Part shown: piece by piece, positions 47,278 to 57,366 of the stretch
Layout of the letters: each line of letters begins with the position of its first letter
Numbering within the stretch: position 1 is the first letter of the stretch
Virus record (IMG/VR): IMGVR_UViG_3300042465_006114
Source of the DNA: an uncultured virus (IMG/VR IMGVR_UViG_3300042465_006114)
Taxonomy: Duplodnaviria > Heunggongvirae > Uroviricota > Caudoviricetes
Reading direction: 5' to 3' (one strand)
DNA length: 64,000 bases
Made by a program: the position numbers and the translations under genes
The notes under the pieces: generated by a model
What the model saw: only the letters and a program-made list of their open reading frames with translations
Told to the model about the DNA's origin: nothing
Database searches by the model: none

Positions 47278-47292
47278 AATCTGTTTTTTTTT

Positions 47293-48723
47293 TTAAAATA
47301 TGTTGTCTAAATCATCTAAAAAGGAAAGGTCATCTTCCACTTTTGGTTTTGTTACTTTAACTGGTTTTGGCTTCTCTACCTTAACTGGTTTTGGTTTTTC
47401 AATTGGAACTGGTTTTGGTTTTTCAACCTTAACTGGTTTTGGTTTTTCAACCTTAACTGGTTTTGGTTTTTCTACTTCAACTGGTTTGGGTTTTTCTACT
47501 TCAACTGGTTTAAAAGAATCTTCTAATATTTCACGATTTAATGATACCCTATCAATATCAGCATCTTTTTCATTAAAAACAGACCAATCTAATTCTGGCT
47601 CTACAAAAGTATCATATTGTTCTACTAATTTTTGTAAAATTTCAGAATAACTTTCATCATCTCTTATATAAACTTGTGTTGTATAGGTTGCTCCATCAGT
47701 AATCACATTAAAATTTAATTTTCGTGTACTTGTTTTTAATAAGCGAAAATAATTTGATATAAGAACCGATAATTCAACAATACAAAATGTTTTTATTTCT
47801 AAAACTCCTTCGCTTGGTGGGTAAACAATTAATTCTACATATTTCACTTCTTGCTTTGCAACAACTGGTGCTATTTTTAAAACTGGCTCTACTTCTTCAA
47901 CAACCTTTTTAGCTCTTGGTTTTCTTTCTGGTTTTTCAACTGCTGGTTCTTGTAGCAATTCTATTTGCTCGTTTACTGCCTTATTAACCGATAATAACAA
48001 AGTTTGAACACCTTTAAATAAATCTTCATTAACCTCTTTAATTTTATTAATTTCGTTACCTCTTAAACGCAACATAGTATCAATAAAAACATCCTTTTGT
48101 GATTTTATAGTAAGGTCTTTTTCCGCATTGACAGAATCAAACATTAATTCAACTTCTTCTTTTGTTGGTCTTGGCTCTATTACAGTTATGTACTCTGAAA
48201 AATCATTTGCATCTACCAAAGGAATAACCATATCAGCATCATACTTTCCAGCTTGGAAATTATCATTGATTTTACTATTAATTTGTTCTTCTGTTAATCT
48301 ACTTCCATATAAAGATTTATAATCGTTGTTTACGTTAGTTGGATTAAACAATAAAGGCGTTGGCATATTCCATTGTGCGTATGTGTTTACTACAATACCT
48401 AATACAACATACTTCAATCCATTATACCTAACTAAATCTCCAGAATGAAGTTTTGTTTGATATAAATAATCCGAACCGTATTGATTATACAAAAAAAGCA
48501 ATTGTTCTTGGGTATAAGCATTAAAAGGTCTAAATCCTTTAAATTGTTCAATATTTTTAAAATTAAACGCTTGAATACTATCTCCAGTATTTATTTTTTG
48601 AGGACTTGATTTTTCTACAAATAAAACAGTTGTATATAATTTACTAAAATCTGAAATTTTAGCTAAAGTCATATACGATGTATTTGAACCCCCCATTTTT
48701 ATACTAATTCTATCTAAATTCAT
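47293..48723 (-). CDS. Hypothetical protein with C-terminal PVKVEKPK repeats
   Basis: ORF in operon with the MoxR module. Confidence 0.75.
   Translation of the reverse strand: MNLDRISIKMGGSNTSYMTLAKISDFSKLYTTVLFVEKSSPQKINTGDSIQAFNFKNIEQFKGFRPFNAYTQEQLLFLYNQYGSDYLYQTKLHSGDLVRYNGLKYVVLGIVVNTYAQWNMPTPLLFNPTNVNNDYKSLYGSRLTEEQINSKINDNFQAGKYDADMVIPLVDANDFSEYITVIEPRPTKEEVELMFDSVNAEKDLTIKSQKDVFIDTMLRLRGNEINKIKEVNEDLFKGVQTLLLSVNKAVNEQIELLQEPAVEKPERKPRAKKVVEEVEPVLKIAPVVAKQEVKYVELIVYPPSEGVLEIKTFCIVELSVLISNYFRLLKTSTRKLNFNVITDGATYTTQVYIRDDESYSEILQKLVEQYDTFVEPELDWSVFNEKDADIDRVSLNREILEDSFKPVEVEKPKPVEVEKPKPVKVEKPKPVKVEKPKPVPIEKPKPVKVEKPKPVKVTKPKVEDDLSFLDDLDNIF
47338..47510 (-). repeat. 24-bp tandem coding repeat (PVxVEKPK, about 7 units)
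   Basis: Visible in DNA and protein. Confidence 0.85.
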
Positions 48724-48726
48724 TTT

Positions 48727-50301
48727 TTATAGTATTAAAGTATTTAATATGTTTAATAATTTTTCTCTCTCCTCGATTATATCATCAGCATCTTTCGGTG
48801 TGTCTAGCATAATCTCCACTCGTAATTTTTCCTCGTATTGCTTTTTAGTCAAACTTCCGCTATCCAACAATTTTTTTAATTCTGCTGGACTTTGTTTTTG
48901 AAATTCTTTAGTTGGCGACAATACATTGGTAATTGAGCTTCTAATATATCTTTTAATTTCGCTTTCGGATTTGCCATTATCTTTTTCTCTTTTAATAATG
49001 TCTTGCAACACTTTTCTAGGAGTATTAGATAACTGCATCTGAATATAATCCAAAACAGAATAGAATTTTTCAATTACTTTTTTTTCCATATCTAAAGATT
49101 CTATATCATCCCCAGCATTAACATCCATATTAGCAAACAACATCAATTTTTTATTGACTACTTGTGATGGAAATGCTCCAACACTTATTTGATAGCTTAC
49201 ATAGTTTCTAACCATTGGCAAAATATCTCTCATAAATGTTGTTGGGTCAAGTGTACCAGTTGTATCAAATCCACTTTTATCATCTCCACACATAAATTTA
49301 TACCAACCAACAGTTGAATTAGCCAACCAATATCTATAAAATCTTGTGTCAGAAGAAAATACTGCAATCTTATTTAAATCAATAGTTTCTCCGTAATTTT
49401 TCAACATAAACATAGTATTGAAATCTCTATCTTTACCATTATCTCTATTTGCCCAATAAGCAAATATTCTAACCCTTACACCAGCTTTTTCTAAAATCCT
49501 TGATAATAGTATATTTGGAAGTGAACGTATAATCATTTGTTCTGGCTCAATACTACCTAATCCACCAGTAGAAATATATAAATCTACATACGGTGCAATA
49601 CCGCCACCTTTTTTTTCTCTATACGCATAAACCTTTTTAGTTGTCGTAGCATATCTCAATTTATTTCCTTTGCACTCGTTTATAACTTTACCTTCTGAAT
49701 CGTATGGTAAAATTAATTTACTTTGCAAATCTTCTCTTAAAAGTACATCGGTGCAACTTTCGGCTATCTTTGTAGTTCCTTCTTGCCTTCTTTCAACAAC
49801 AACTTCTCTACCATCGTGATTATAATAAAAATAATCCAAACCTTTAAATTCTCCTTTAAAAACATCGTCTGGTAAAATCAATTTACCTTCTTCTTTGGAA
49901 TAATATTCTACTGGTCTAATCAACCCTTTACTTGCTTGTGCAAAAGAAAATATCCCTAATGGTTTTTCTGTAAATTTAATTCTTGAAGCTTTAAAATCTC
50001 CACCTAAATCTAACTTGGCATTTATGTTTGAATAAACTTGCTCTACTTTTGTTAATAGGTCTTGGTCTAAAAAACTCCCTAATCCAGAATTAATATCAAA
50101 TTGCTCTGCAAAAGATTTTGAAGAACCGCTTTTATAGCCAGACCAGTTATAATCTTTACCTCTGATTGGGGAGCGACCTACAACTCCACTCTCCTCGTAA
50201 ATAGTTCTTAATTTATCTTTTTTTACAATATCCAAACCTTCCTCTATAAATTTAAAAGGGTCAAATCCAAATACGATATAATTATCTTTTGCTTTTGGCA
50301 T
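48727..50301 (-). CDS. VWA-like partner of the MoxR ATPase
   Basis: VDLYISTGG...LEKAGVRVRIFA...LKNYGE resembles a degenerate VWA core; coupled to the AAA gene. Confidence 0.5.
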   Translation of the reverse strand: MPKAKDNYIVFGFDPFKFIEEGLDIVKKDKLRTIYEESGVVGRSPIRGKDYNWSGYKSGSSKSFAEQFDINSGLGSFLDQDLLTKVEQVYSNINAKLDLGGDFKASRIKFTEKPLGIFSFAQASKGLIRPVEYYSKEEGKLILPDDVFKGEFKGLDYFYYNHDGREVVVERRQEGTTKIAESCTDVLLREDLQSKLILPYDSEGKVINECKGNKLRYATTTKKVYAYREKKGGGIAPYVDLYISTGGLGSIEPEQMIIRSLPNILLSRILEKAGVRVRIFAYWANRDNGKDRDFNTMFMLKNYGETIDLNKIAVFSSDTRFYRYWLANSTVGWYKFMCGDDKSGFDTTGTLDPTTFMRDILPMVRNYVSYQISVGAFPSQVVNKKLMLFANMDVNAGDDIESLDMEKKVIEKFYSVLDYIQMQLSNTPRKVLQDIIKREKDNGKSESEIKRYIRSSITNVLSPTKEFQKQSPAELKKLLDSGSLTKKQYEEKLRVEIMLDTPKDADDIIEEREKLLNILNTLIL

Positions 50302-51668
50302 TATTTAATTTTGTTTATGTTTTTAGCATCAAATGCTCTAATCAATAAAGTTGCTTCTGTTTTATCCTCTGGCGAATCTAACGAATCTAATGGTTTTAAA
50401 TTTTTATTATCTACTAAATCGAAAAATTCGTTTACTCTTACATCTGCTTCTAAAACACTTCTTTGTTGCTCTGTAAACAAATCTAAAAATGTTTTAACTG
50501 CAATCTGTAAAGTTTTCGGACTTTTTATTCTTTTATCTCCTTGTCTTTCATTAAGCCTAAAAGCAATATAGGTATCTCTCATAGAAATCATTAACCTTTG
50601 AGAAACAAAAGCTCTACTTGAAAAATTATTATCCTCTACTGCGGTTCTTAATTTGAATAAGAAATTAAATATAAAAGTGAAATTTGCTAGTTCATCCCCA
50701 ATCTTAATATTGGACATTAAATTATCTAATTCGTATTGTGGGTCAATAATCAATTCGTATGTACTTCCAGCAAACCTATCTTGTAAAGATAAATCTTGTT
50801 TAAAATTCGCTTCATAGTTCACATCAGCTTCATTCAATAAAGAGTTTCCAGTTGCAATAACAAATACGTTTCCTTTTGTTATTACTTGTCCTCTACCGTT
50901 TGTAATTTCTGGTCTTATCTCTAAACCCTCTTGTGTTCTTTCGGAAGGGTCTTTAATTTTTGACAAACCATCATTTAATACCCCAGCGGTATTTGGGTCA
51001 AGTTTAGGTAACTCGTCTAATAATAAAACTGCACCAGAAAAATATTTTCCAGTTCTTTTATTCATTTCTTTTCTTGCATCTGTATATCCAAATGCATCAA
51101 TTAATCTACCCTCTTGATAACCCTCAATAGTTTGCCCACCAACTATATCCAAAGGAGAAGTAAATTGATTACAGTTCAAAGTTATCAATTTATAGTTTAA
51201 GGCATTTGCTACTTCTTTTGCAATAAAAGTTTTTCCAGTACCAGCACCACCATAAAGGTAAATATTGTTTCCAGCTTCAAAATCAGAAAGCATCAAATCA
51301 AAAATCTTTCTTTTCTTCCCATCTCCAGTTTTAACAACAACATTTTGCCAGTTAATAATCTGAACGGTTTGTGTTTTACCAATAAGCTCCAATACAGTTG
51401 AATCTAAATTATTTTTACCAATTTTGGTATCTCTAAATTTATCATCTACAATATCTTCAACTTGTTTCTTATCAACACCAGCTTTTGCTAACTTGTCTAT
51501 TGATTGATTAAACTCTCTTACCGCAAATAAAATATCATTATTAATACCTTCTACTCCAGAGGAAGTTTGCAAGGCATTTAACTTTCCTAATTGACCTTTT
51601 GCATCATCTCTTGTTTCTTGTGATAATGTTGTGTCGTTAATTACGATTTCTAATTCTTCTCTTGTCAT
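50301..51668 (-). CDS. MoxR/CbbQ/CobS-type AAA+ ATPase
   Basis: NIYLYGGAGTGKT, LLLDE, VIATGN, QDLSLQDRF, SQR. Confidence 0.9.
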   Translation of the reverse strand: MTREELEIVINDTTLSQETRDDAKGQLGKLNALQTSSGVEGINNDILFAVREFNQSIDKLAKAGVDKKQVEDIVDDKFRDTKIGKNNLDSTVLELIGKTQTVQIINWQNVVVKTGDGKKRKIFDLMLSDFEAGNNIYLYGGAGTGKTFIAKEVANALNYKLITLNCNQFTSPLDIVGGQTIEGYQEGRLIDAFGYTDARKEMNKRTGKYFSGAVLLLDELPKLDPNTAGVLNDGLSKIKDPSERTQEGLEIRPEITNGRGQVITKGNVFVIATGNSLLNEADVNYEANFKQDLSLQDRFAGSTYELIIDPQYELDNLMSNIKIGDELANFTFIFNFLFKLRTAVEDNNFSSRAFVSQRLMISMRDTYIAFRLNERQGDKRIKSPKTLQIAVKTFLDLFTEQQRSVLEADVRVNEFFDLVDNKNLKPLDSLDSPEDKTEATLLIRAFDAKNINKIK

Positions 51669-51671
51669 AAT

Positions 51672-52694
51672 TTATATATTTTCTAATTCTGTTATGAAAT
51701 TACTTGTTATTAATTTTTGTTTTTCAAATCTACTCAAACTTTCGGATAAACCAACTTGTGTGATTATAAAATCTAATTCATTTGGCGACAACAAACTTAC
51801 AAAAGATTTTACAGATTTTTCTGTTGGGAATTGTCTTTTAATATCTTCTCTATCAGTATGAAGCATATCTACAATAGCATTTAACACTCCATCTATTTTT
51901 TTATCTGAATTACTTTGTGGCTCTGGAAAATCTGGTAATTCAAAATCCATATCATCTGGCTCTCCTTCTCCTTGTTCTCCACGCTTTTCGTAGTCAATTT
52001 TATCCTTTAATTCTTTGTCTTTATAACCTTTCGTAAAATCGTTTTCGGCTTCTCCTTTTTCAACCTTGTCTAAAAAATCTTCTAAGTCAATTTCATCTCC
52101 AGTATTATCAGATTGACCGCTTTGAGATTTTCTTTTTTGGTCTTTTTTTAATTCGTCTAATAATTTTTTAATATCTTCTGACGACATTCCTTCTCCTTCT
52201 CCTTCTCCTTCTCCCTCTCCTTCTCCTTCTCCCTCTCCTTCTCCTTCTCCTTCTCCTTCTCCTTCTTCTTTTTCTTTTTCTTTTTCCTCTTGCTTCTTTT
52301 TTTCTTCCTCTAATTCATCTTTCAATTTTTCAAGTAGCATTTCATTAAAAACTTTAGCAACTATTTCATATTTCTCGTTAAAGAAATTTAAAACATCTGG
52401 TAGATTATTGAATTTTAAATCTGCATAATCATCTCTAAATTTATAATCCCCTTCTTCAAAATTATTTATAAGAAAATGCATTTCTGTATCAAAATTATCA
52501 CTTATAATTTCCATTGATGAATAAAAAGAACAACCTATTGGATACCTAACAAAAGTCATTTTTTGTCTAAAAAACACTTCATCAGAGGTAATTTTTAAAT
52601 CATCATTTTTATTTTTTTTACTACTATCAAAATAATAGTAATCTGGAAACAACGGAACTAATCCTAACTCTTTTATTTTTTCTTGAATATTCAT
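51672..52694 (-). CDS. Acidic protein with (EG)n linker
   Basis: EGEGEG tract, as found in CobT/VWA-associated linkers. Confidence 0.75.
   Translation of the reverse strand: MNIQEKIKELGLVPLFPDYYYFDSSKKNKNDDLKITSDEVFFRQKMTFVRYPIGCSFYSSMEIISDNFDTEMHFLINNFEEGDYKFRDDYADLKFNNLPDVLNFFNEKYEIVAKVFNEMLLEKLKDELEEEKKKQEEKEKEKEEGEGEGEGEGEGEGEGEGEGEGEGEGMSSEDIKKLLDELKKDQKRKSQSGQSDNTGDEIDLEDFLDKVEKGEAENDFTKGYKDKELKDKIDYEKRGEQGEGEPDDMDFELPDFPEPQSNSDKKIDGVLNAIVDMLHTDREDIKRQFPTEKSVKSFVSLLSPNELDFIITQVGLSESLSRFEKQKLITSNFITELENI
52188..52266 (-). repeat. 6-bp tandem repeat encoding (EG), about 13 units
   Basis: (CCTTCT/CCCTCT)n on the plus strand. Confidence 0.9.
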
Positions 52695-52696
52695 AT

Positions 52697-55600
52697 TTAT
52701 AAAATTCCTCCTAAATCAAATCTTGAATCATTAGACAATGCGTTAAACTCGTATGCATCTGCAAACTTAATTTGATTGCTATCAAAAGCACAATAAGAAA
52801 GCGATGCGTTTTCCAATCCACCATAAGGTTTTGTTGGTATGTATTCGTAAAAAATATAACCATCATAAGTTGTGAACACTTTTACATATTTTGTAAAAGA
52901 CTGCCACAATCTAATTATCTGCCAAGCATAAACCTCTGTGTCTTGTGTAAATCCACTATGTGAAGTTATGTTAGTCCAGAAATCAAAATCTCCAATATTA
53001 TAGTTTACTCTTAAAAAAGTAAGGTATTCTCTAATAGGATATTTTTCAACACCAAACCTTGAAAAATCAATTGGGTTCTTAATATCAATAAAGCATCTCA
53101 ATAAAAAATTACCTCTATTTGGATTTAACTTTTTAAGTATTTCCGAATCCACTCCAGCTTTATCCGCCCTATCTTCCCAACTTGTAGCAAAAAACTCCGA
53201 CATCTCTCTCTTGACTGCAAAATAATGTGCGTTATTGGTTTCGTATGTTTTCCAATTTACAAATAAAACGTTTGTTCCGTGAAATACTGGTTGTGGTTCT
53301 TTTGTAATTGGATTAATAACTTTCGATACTCCAGCATAACTATCGTTTAAATATGCGGTTTCCCAATCTCCAAAAAACGATTTAAACTCTGGCGTTCTAA
53401 CATTAAAATATTCTATTTCTGTTAATTGTGATTTTAAAGCGTTTATAGAGGTCATATCTGTTTCTTCGTATTGTTTATCAAAACTTGAAATCTTTAACCC
53501 ATATACACCTATTACTCTTTCCTCAATAGATTTTAAACTCATTTCAGCATCGTTAAGTTTTCTCAACTTCAAAATAAATGAATTAATCTCTCTTTGGTAA
53601 AAAGCAACTTCTTCATTTGATAGTATTGGTTTTTTTAAATCCAACTCTTTTGCTAAATCTGAAATCCTTTGCGATAAGTATTTACGTTCTAACTCAAAAT
53701 TACGTTTTGGTTTTTCGGTTTTGCTTGGCTTTGGTTCTTCAATAATTTCTTTTGGAGCATCATAAAGATTAAATTCATCCCAATTATATTTATCTGTAAA
53801 TTCTTTTCTACTATAAATAAAACCAACAAGGTCTGTATAATTTAATAAATTTCTTAAAAAAGTAACGTTACCGTATGTTTTACCATTTTGGTCAACTATT
53901 TTAAATTCAAAATAATCTCTTTTTGGAAATAGTGAATAATAATCTTTTAAATGGACTAGCAATTGTACAGCACTATAAATTCCAAAGTCAGAAGTGAATT
54001 GTCCATCTTCCGAAACTGGATACAGTTTCCAAACACTTACTTTTTCTTTTGATACTTCTTCATAATCATCATACATACCTATCTTTTGTAAAAACTTTAA
54101 TGTATTTGGGTCTGCTGGATATAATCCTTGACCATCAATAACAGTCAGCCTATAAACAGTAGGCGGTTCTAATTTATAAAATTCTTTAAAGTAACTTCCT
54201 TTTATGTCTAATATTCTTATTTCTTTTTCTAAAATCCAACCCCCTTTTTTAATAAATTCTAAAATTAATTTTTTAATTTCAACATCTTCATCTGTAATAC
54301 TTTCTTCATCAATTATAGGCGTTGAAGTTGATTGAGTTTTTTTCCAGTCTAAATAACCAAAAATCAATAATTTTGAATTATCAGAAATCATCAAATCTTC
54401 TTTAGGAATACCTAAACTATATTTATAAGACCGAAGTGTAACAACATCTCCAGTATCCGTATTTACTATGTCAAAATCTAATGTTTTATCGCCTTTACTC
54501 CAATCATTTATATTTACTAAGGTAAGATTATTATTCTCAATTACACTATCAATTTGCTTAAACATATCAATTTCTCCAGAAGTAAACTTACTAATAGTTT
54601 TTTCGGTTTTACTTGATATTCCTAAATCAGAAGCAAAAATTTCTTTTCTTTTTGAAGCATAAAATTCGCTTTTTCCATTATTATAAACTACAAAATCATC
54701 AGTAAATATTTCTATAAAAATATCTTCAATAGACAATAATTCCCTATCTCCGTAATTTTTATCAATTGGAATACCTATTTCAGTAAGTTTTTGCATTACC
54801 ATATCCCTTAAAGCTAAATCAGCTCCAATCCATATTTTAGATTGTTCTAATTCTTCTTTAATAAGTGTTTTACCAGTTTGTTCTTTGGTTTTACTTGGGG
54901 TAGCCTTTGGAGTTCTTTTAGCTCTTTCTTTTGTAGTTTTTATTTCTAAATCAACTAAACTACCATCAGCATTTCTTATTTCATTATCATCAAAATCAAA
55001 ATAAACATTTAACTTTGTATTTTTATCTTTATTTTCAGTACCATACATTCCAAGTTCTCCATAAACAAAAGGCATCATTAATCCAATAACGTCTTTACCT
55101 AAAGTAAAAGATGGGTAATAGGTAAAAATTAAAGCTCTTTTATTAGTTTGAAAACTAACATTCATAAATGTACTTCCGCCAAGCTTAACTAATGAACTTA
55201 AAAAGTTAATCATTAAATCTGGAAAAACAGCCATTTTTTCATCATTAATTTTAAATACAACTTCTTTATTATAAGAATAGTTTGAAGCTACTTTAAAGTA
55301 AGTTAATAACTTTAAAATATCAATATATACAACCCTTTTAACTTCTATTTCTTTAGGTATAACTTGTGCGTAATTTGGGTATTTAACATCAAGTTTAATG
55401 AAACCATCTGGAAACACCTCTTTTAAAGATTTTGAACTTAATTTTTCTTTTTTATAAACGCCTTTAAAATCTCTTTCGTCAGAAGGTATGGTTAATAAAA
55501 TATGTGCGTTAGTAGCGGTAATTCCATTTTCGTCAAAGTTAATACCAGTCATTGCTGGTCGTAATGGCTCTGTACCTAAAAACGGTTTTAAAATTTCATT

Positions 55601-56515
55601 TAACCCATCATCACTTGGACTTGCATCCCATTCTACCTTTTTTGGTAATCTAATATTTTTAAAAGAATCTGGTATTTCGCTCCAATTATTAACTGTAACG
55701 TCAGTAGCACCACCTTTTGCATAACTAAAAACAATAGAACCTCCATCAGCAAATAAACCAGTTTCAGCACCAACTACTCCATCAGCATCCATATCTATTA
55801 CATCATTGTAATTGTTTAAATCCCTTGCTGGTGTATTTCCTTTTTTTGAATCTCTAACAAGACTTACTTTACGAACTACTCCACCGTGTTTTAATCCAGC
55901 TCTTTTAAGTAAAGTATAATATTTTGGGTTTTCGTACAAATGGTCTTTTACGATTTTCATTTGTTCACGTTTACTAGAAGTATGTTCGCTTTCAGCTTTC
56001 ATACCTAAGTCAACTTGTGTTTGTAATTCTTTTACAGAAACTTTATGTTTTTTAGCAATTTGAGTAAGTGTCATTCCTTCGGCTAAATGTCCTCCAGTAA
56101 TGTGTTTGTATATTTCGTGGTCGGTCATTGTTTTACCACCATACTTATAACTTGCTCCAGTACGTTTTATGTTTTTAGGTATATCGCCACCTTTTGCAAA
56201 TGAAACTCCACCACCTTTTTCGTTTATTGCAGATAACACTTCTCTGTTAGTCATCATTTTACCATTAAACTCATTTTTGGTGTTGTCTGATACTGCTGGT
56301 GCGGTAATAACAACTTCTCCACCTTGCATTTCCAATGCTTGTCCAGTAGATTTGTTTACTGCTTTAATACCACCCTCTGCGTGAGTTTTACCTACTAAAT
56401 ATCCGCTTAAAGTTCCTTTGTTATGTATAATAGTCTGCCCTTGTCTTTTACCAACGAGTACTCCGCCAGTAGGCGTTTGTTCTGCTTTATTTTCTGTTAG
56501 GGTTGATTTTTTCAT
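52697..56515 (-). CDS. 1272-aa polyvalent protein: GG-segmented N-terminus, sliding-clamp-like domain, C-terminal ART-PolyVal-like domain
   Basis: GKTHAEGGI...EMQGGEVVI; ESEHT...DHLYENPKYY; RPAMTGI...ATNAHIL...YPNY (beta-clamp-like); VRTPEFKSFFGDW...VFHGT...YDG...FDSNQIK. Confidence 0.7.
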   Translation of the reverse strand: MKKSTLTENKAEQTPTGGVLVGKRQGQTIIHNKGTLSGYLVGKTHAEGGIKAVNKSTGQALEMQGGEVVITAPAVSDNTKNEFNGKMMTNREVLSAINEKGGGVSFAKGGDIPKNIKRTGASYKYGGKTMTDHEIYKHITGGHLAEGMTLTQIAKKHKVSVKELQTQVDLGMKAESEHTSSKREQMKIVKDHLYENPKYYTLLKRAGLKHGGVVRKVSLVRDSKKGNTPARDLNNYNDVIDMDADGVVGAETGLFADGGSIVFSYAKGGATDVTVNNWSEIPDSFKNIRLPKKVEWDASPSDDGLNEILKPFLGTEPLRPAMTGINFDENGITATNAHILLTIPSDERDFKGVYKKEKLSSKSLKEVFPDGFIKLDVKYPNYAQVIPKEIEVKRVVYIDILKLLTYFKVASNYSYNKEVVFKINDEKMAVFPDLMINFLSSLVKLGGSTFMNVSFQTNKRALIFTYYPSFTLGKDVIGLMMPFVYGELGMYGTENKDKNTKLNVYFDFDDNEIRNADGSLVDLEIKTTKERAKRTPKATPSKTKEQTGKTLIKEELEQSKIWIGADLALRDMVMQKLTEIGIPIDKNYGDRELLSIEDIFIEIFTDDFVVYNNGKSEFYASKRKEIFASDLGISSKTEKTISKFTSGEIDMFKQIDSVIENNNLTLVNINDWSKGDKTLDFDIVNTDTGDVVTLRSYKYSLGIPKEDLMISDNSKLLIFGYLDWKKTQSTSTPIIDEESITDEDVEIKKLILEFIKKGGWILEKEIRILDIKGSYFKEFYKLEPPTVYRLTVIDGQGLYPADPNTLKFLQKIGMYDDYEEVSKEKVSVWKLYPVSEDGQFTSDFGIYSAVQLLVHLKDYYSLFPKRDYFEFKIVDQNGKTYGNVTFLRNLLNYTDLVGFIYSRKEFTDKYNWDEFNLYDAPKEIIEEPKPSKTEKPKRNFELERKYLSQRISDLAKELDLKKPILSNEEVAFYQREINSFILKLRKLNDAEMSLKSIEERVIGVYGLKISSFDKQYEETDMTSINALKSQLTEIEYFNVRTPEFKSFFGDWETAYLNDSYAGVSKVINPITKEPQPVFHGTNVLFVNWKTYETNNAHYFAVKREMSEFFATSWEDRADKAGVDSEILKKLNPNRGNFLLRCFIDIKNPIDFSRFGVEKYPIREYLTFLRVNYNIGDFDFWTNITSHSGFTQDTEVYAWQIIRLWQSFTKYVKVFTTYDGYIFYEYIPTKPYGGLENASLSYCAFDSNQIKFADAYEFNALSNDSRFDLGGIL

Positions 56516-56538
56516 ATTTATTTTAGTATAATAAAAAG

Positions 56539-56546
56539 CAAATATA
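56539..56546 (-). promoter_or_regulatory. Bacteroidota -7 promoter element for the polyprotein operon
   Basis: TATATTTG on the minus strand, 24 nt before the ATG. Confidence 0.65.
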
Positions 56547-56715
56547 AATAATTAAATTGAATCATTTTAATTATATTTTAAATAATAATTATTTTGTATT
56601 TGTTTTAAACTGAACTAATTGCAAAATAAAAAATTTCATTTATTTTTAATATTATTTATAATATTATTTTATAATTATATATATTTGTGGTTATTAATTA
56701 ATAAAAATTAAAAAG

Positions 56716-56835
56716 ATGCAAGACGTATTTAACATTAAAAGTCCAAACTGGTTGGGAGGTACAAATGTACATAACACAATTACAATTGTGTTGTTAGTAT
56801 TAGTAGCTTACAAAGTTGGAGCATTTAAAAAGTAA
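56716..56835 (+). CDS. 39-aa single-TM peptide in its own transcription unit (absent from ORF track)
   Basis: TATATTTG at 56680, MQDVFNIKSPNWLGGTNVHNTITIVLLVLVAYKVGAFKK, terminator follows. Confidence 0.7.
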   Translation: MQDVFNIKSPNWLGGTNVHNTITIVLLVLVAYKVGAFKK

Positions 56836-56855
56836 TTAAATTATTTTTTTAGTGT

Positions 56856-56890
56856 AAAAAAAATGCCACTCTTTCGGGTGGCTTTTTTTC
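56856..56890. terminator. Bidirectional intrinsic terminator
   Basis: A-run, GCCACTC-TTTC-GGGTGGC, T-run. Confidence 0.8.
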
Positions 56891-57037
56891 GTTAATGCTA
56901 AAAACTATACAATCCTTTTAAAAAACATCAACTTCCTACTTACTCAATTATTGGCTCGGCTATCCGTTTCTATATATATGTTTATCTGAAACTTCAATAG
57001 ATTGTTGACTGTCCACTTCTACCTACTCAAATAGTTT

Positions 57038-57238
57038 TTATTTTTCTAATAATTCAACTCTAACAATTAGAATATTCAAATAATCATTCATAGATAATAA
57101 TTGATGTTTTAAAAGCAATTGATTAGCATCTGACAAGCCATCTATTTTGTCCGAATATAAAAACATACTTAATTTAGTTACTTTGTCAAGCAATTCATCT
57201 TTTTCTGTTTTCAATCTGTCTAAAAATGTGTTTTCCAT
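57038..57238 (-). CDS. Small helical phage protein (crAss001_48-like)
   Basis: RLKTEKDEL..K..KL..F...LL..Q...M..Y..IL..R pattern. Confidence 0.65.
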   Translation of the reverse strand: MENTFLDRLKTEKDELLDKVTKLSMFLYSDKIDGLSDANQLLLKHQLLSMNDYLNILIVRVELLEK

Positions 57239-57366
57239 AATATTTGTAGCACTTAACCTTGCAATCGGTTTCTTGGTTTATTTTGTTAAATTCAGCCTTT
57301 GAAACTTCCCTACTTTGTGTACAATTTTTCAGAAAGTTTCACTACTTGCCATTAACGCAGTTTTTT

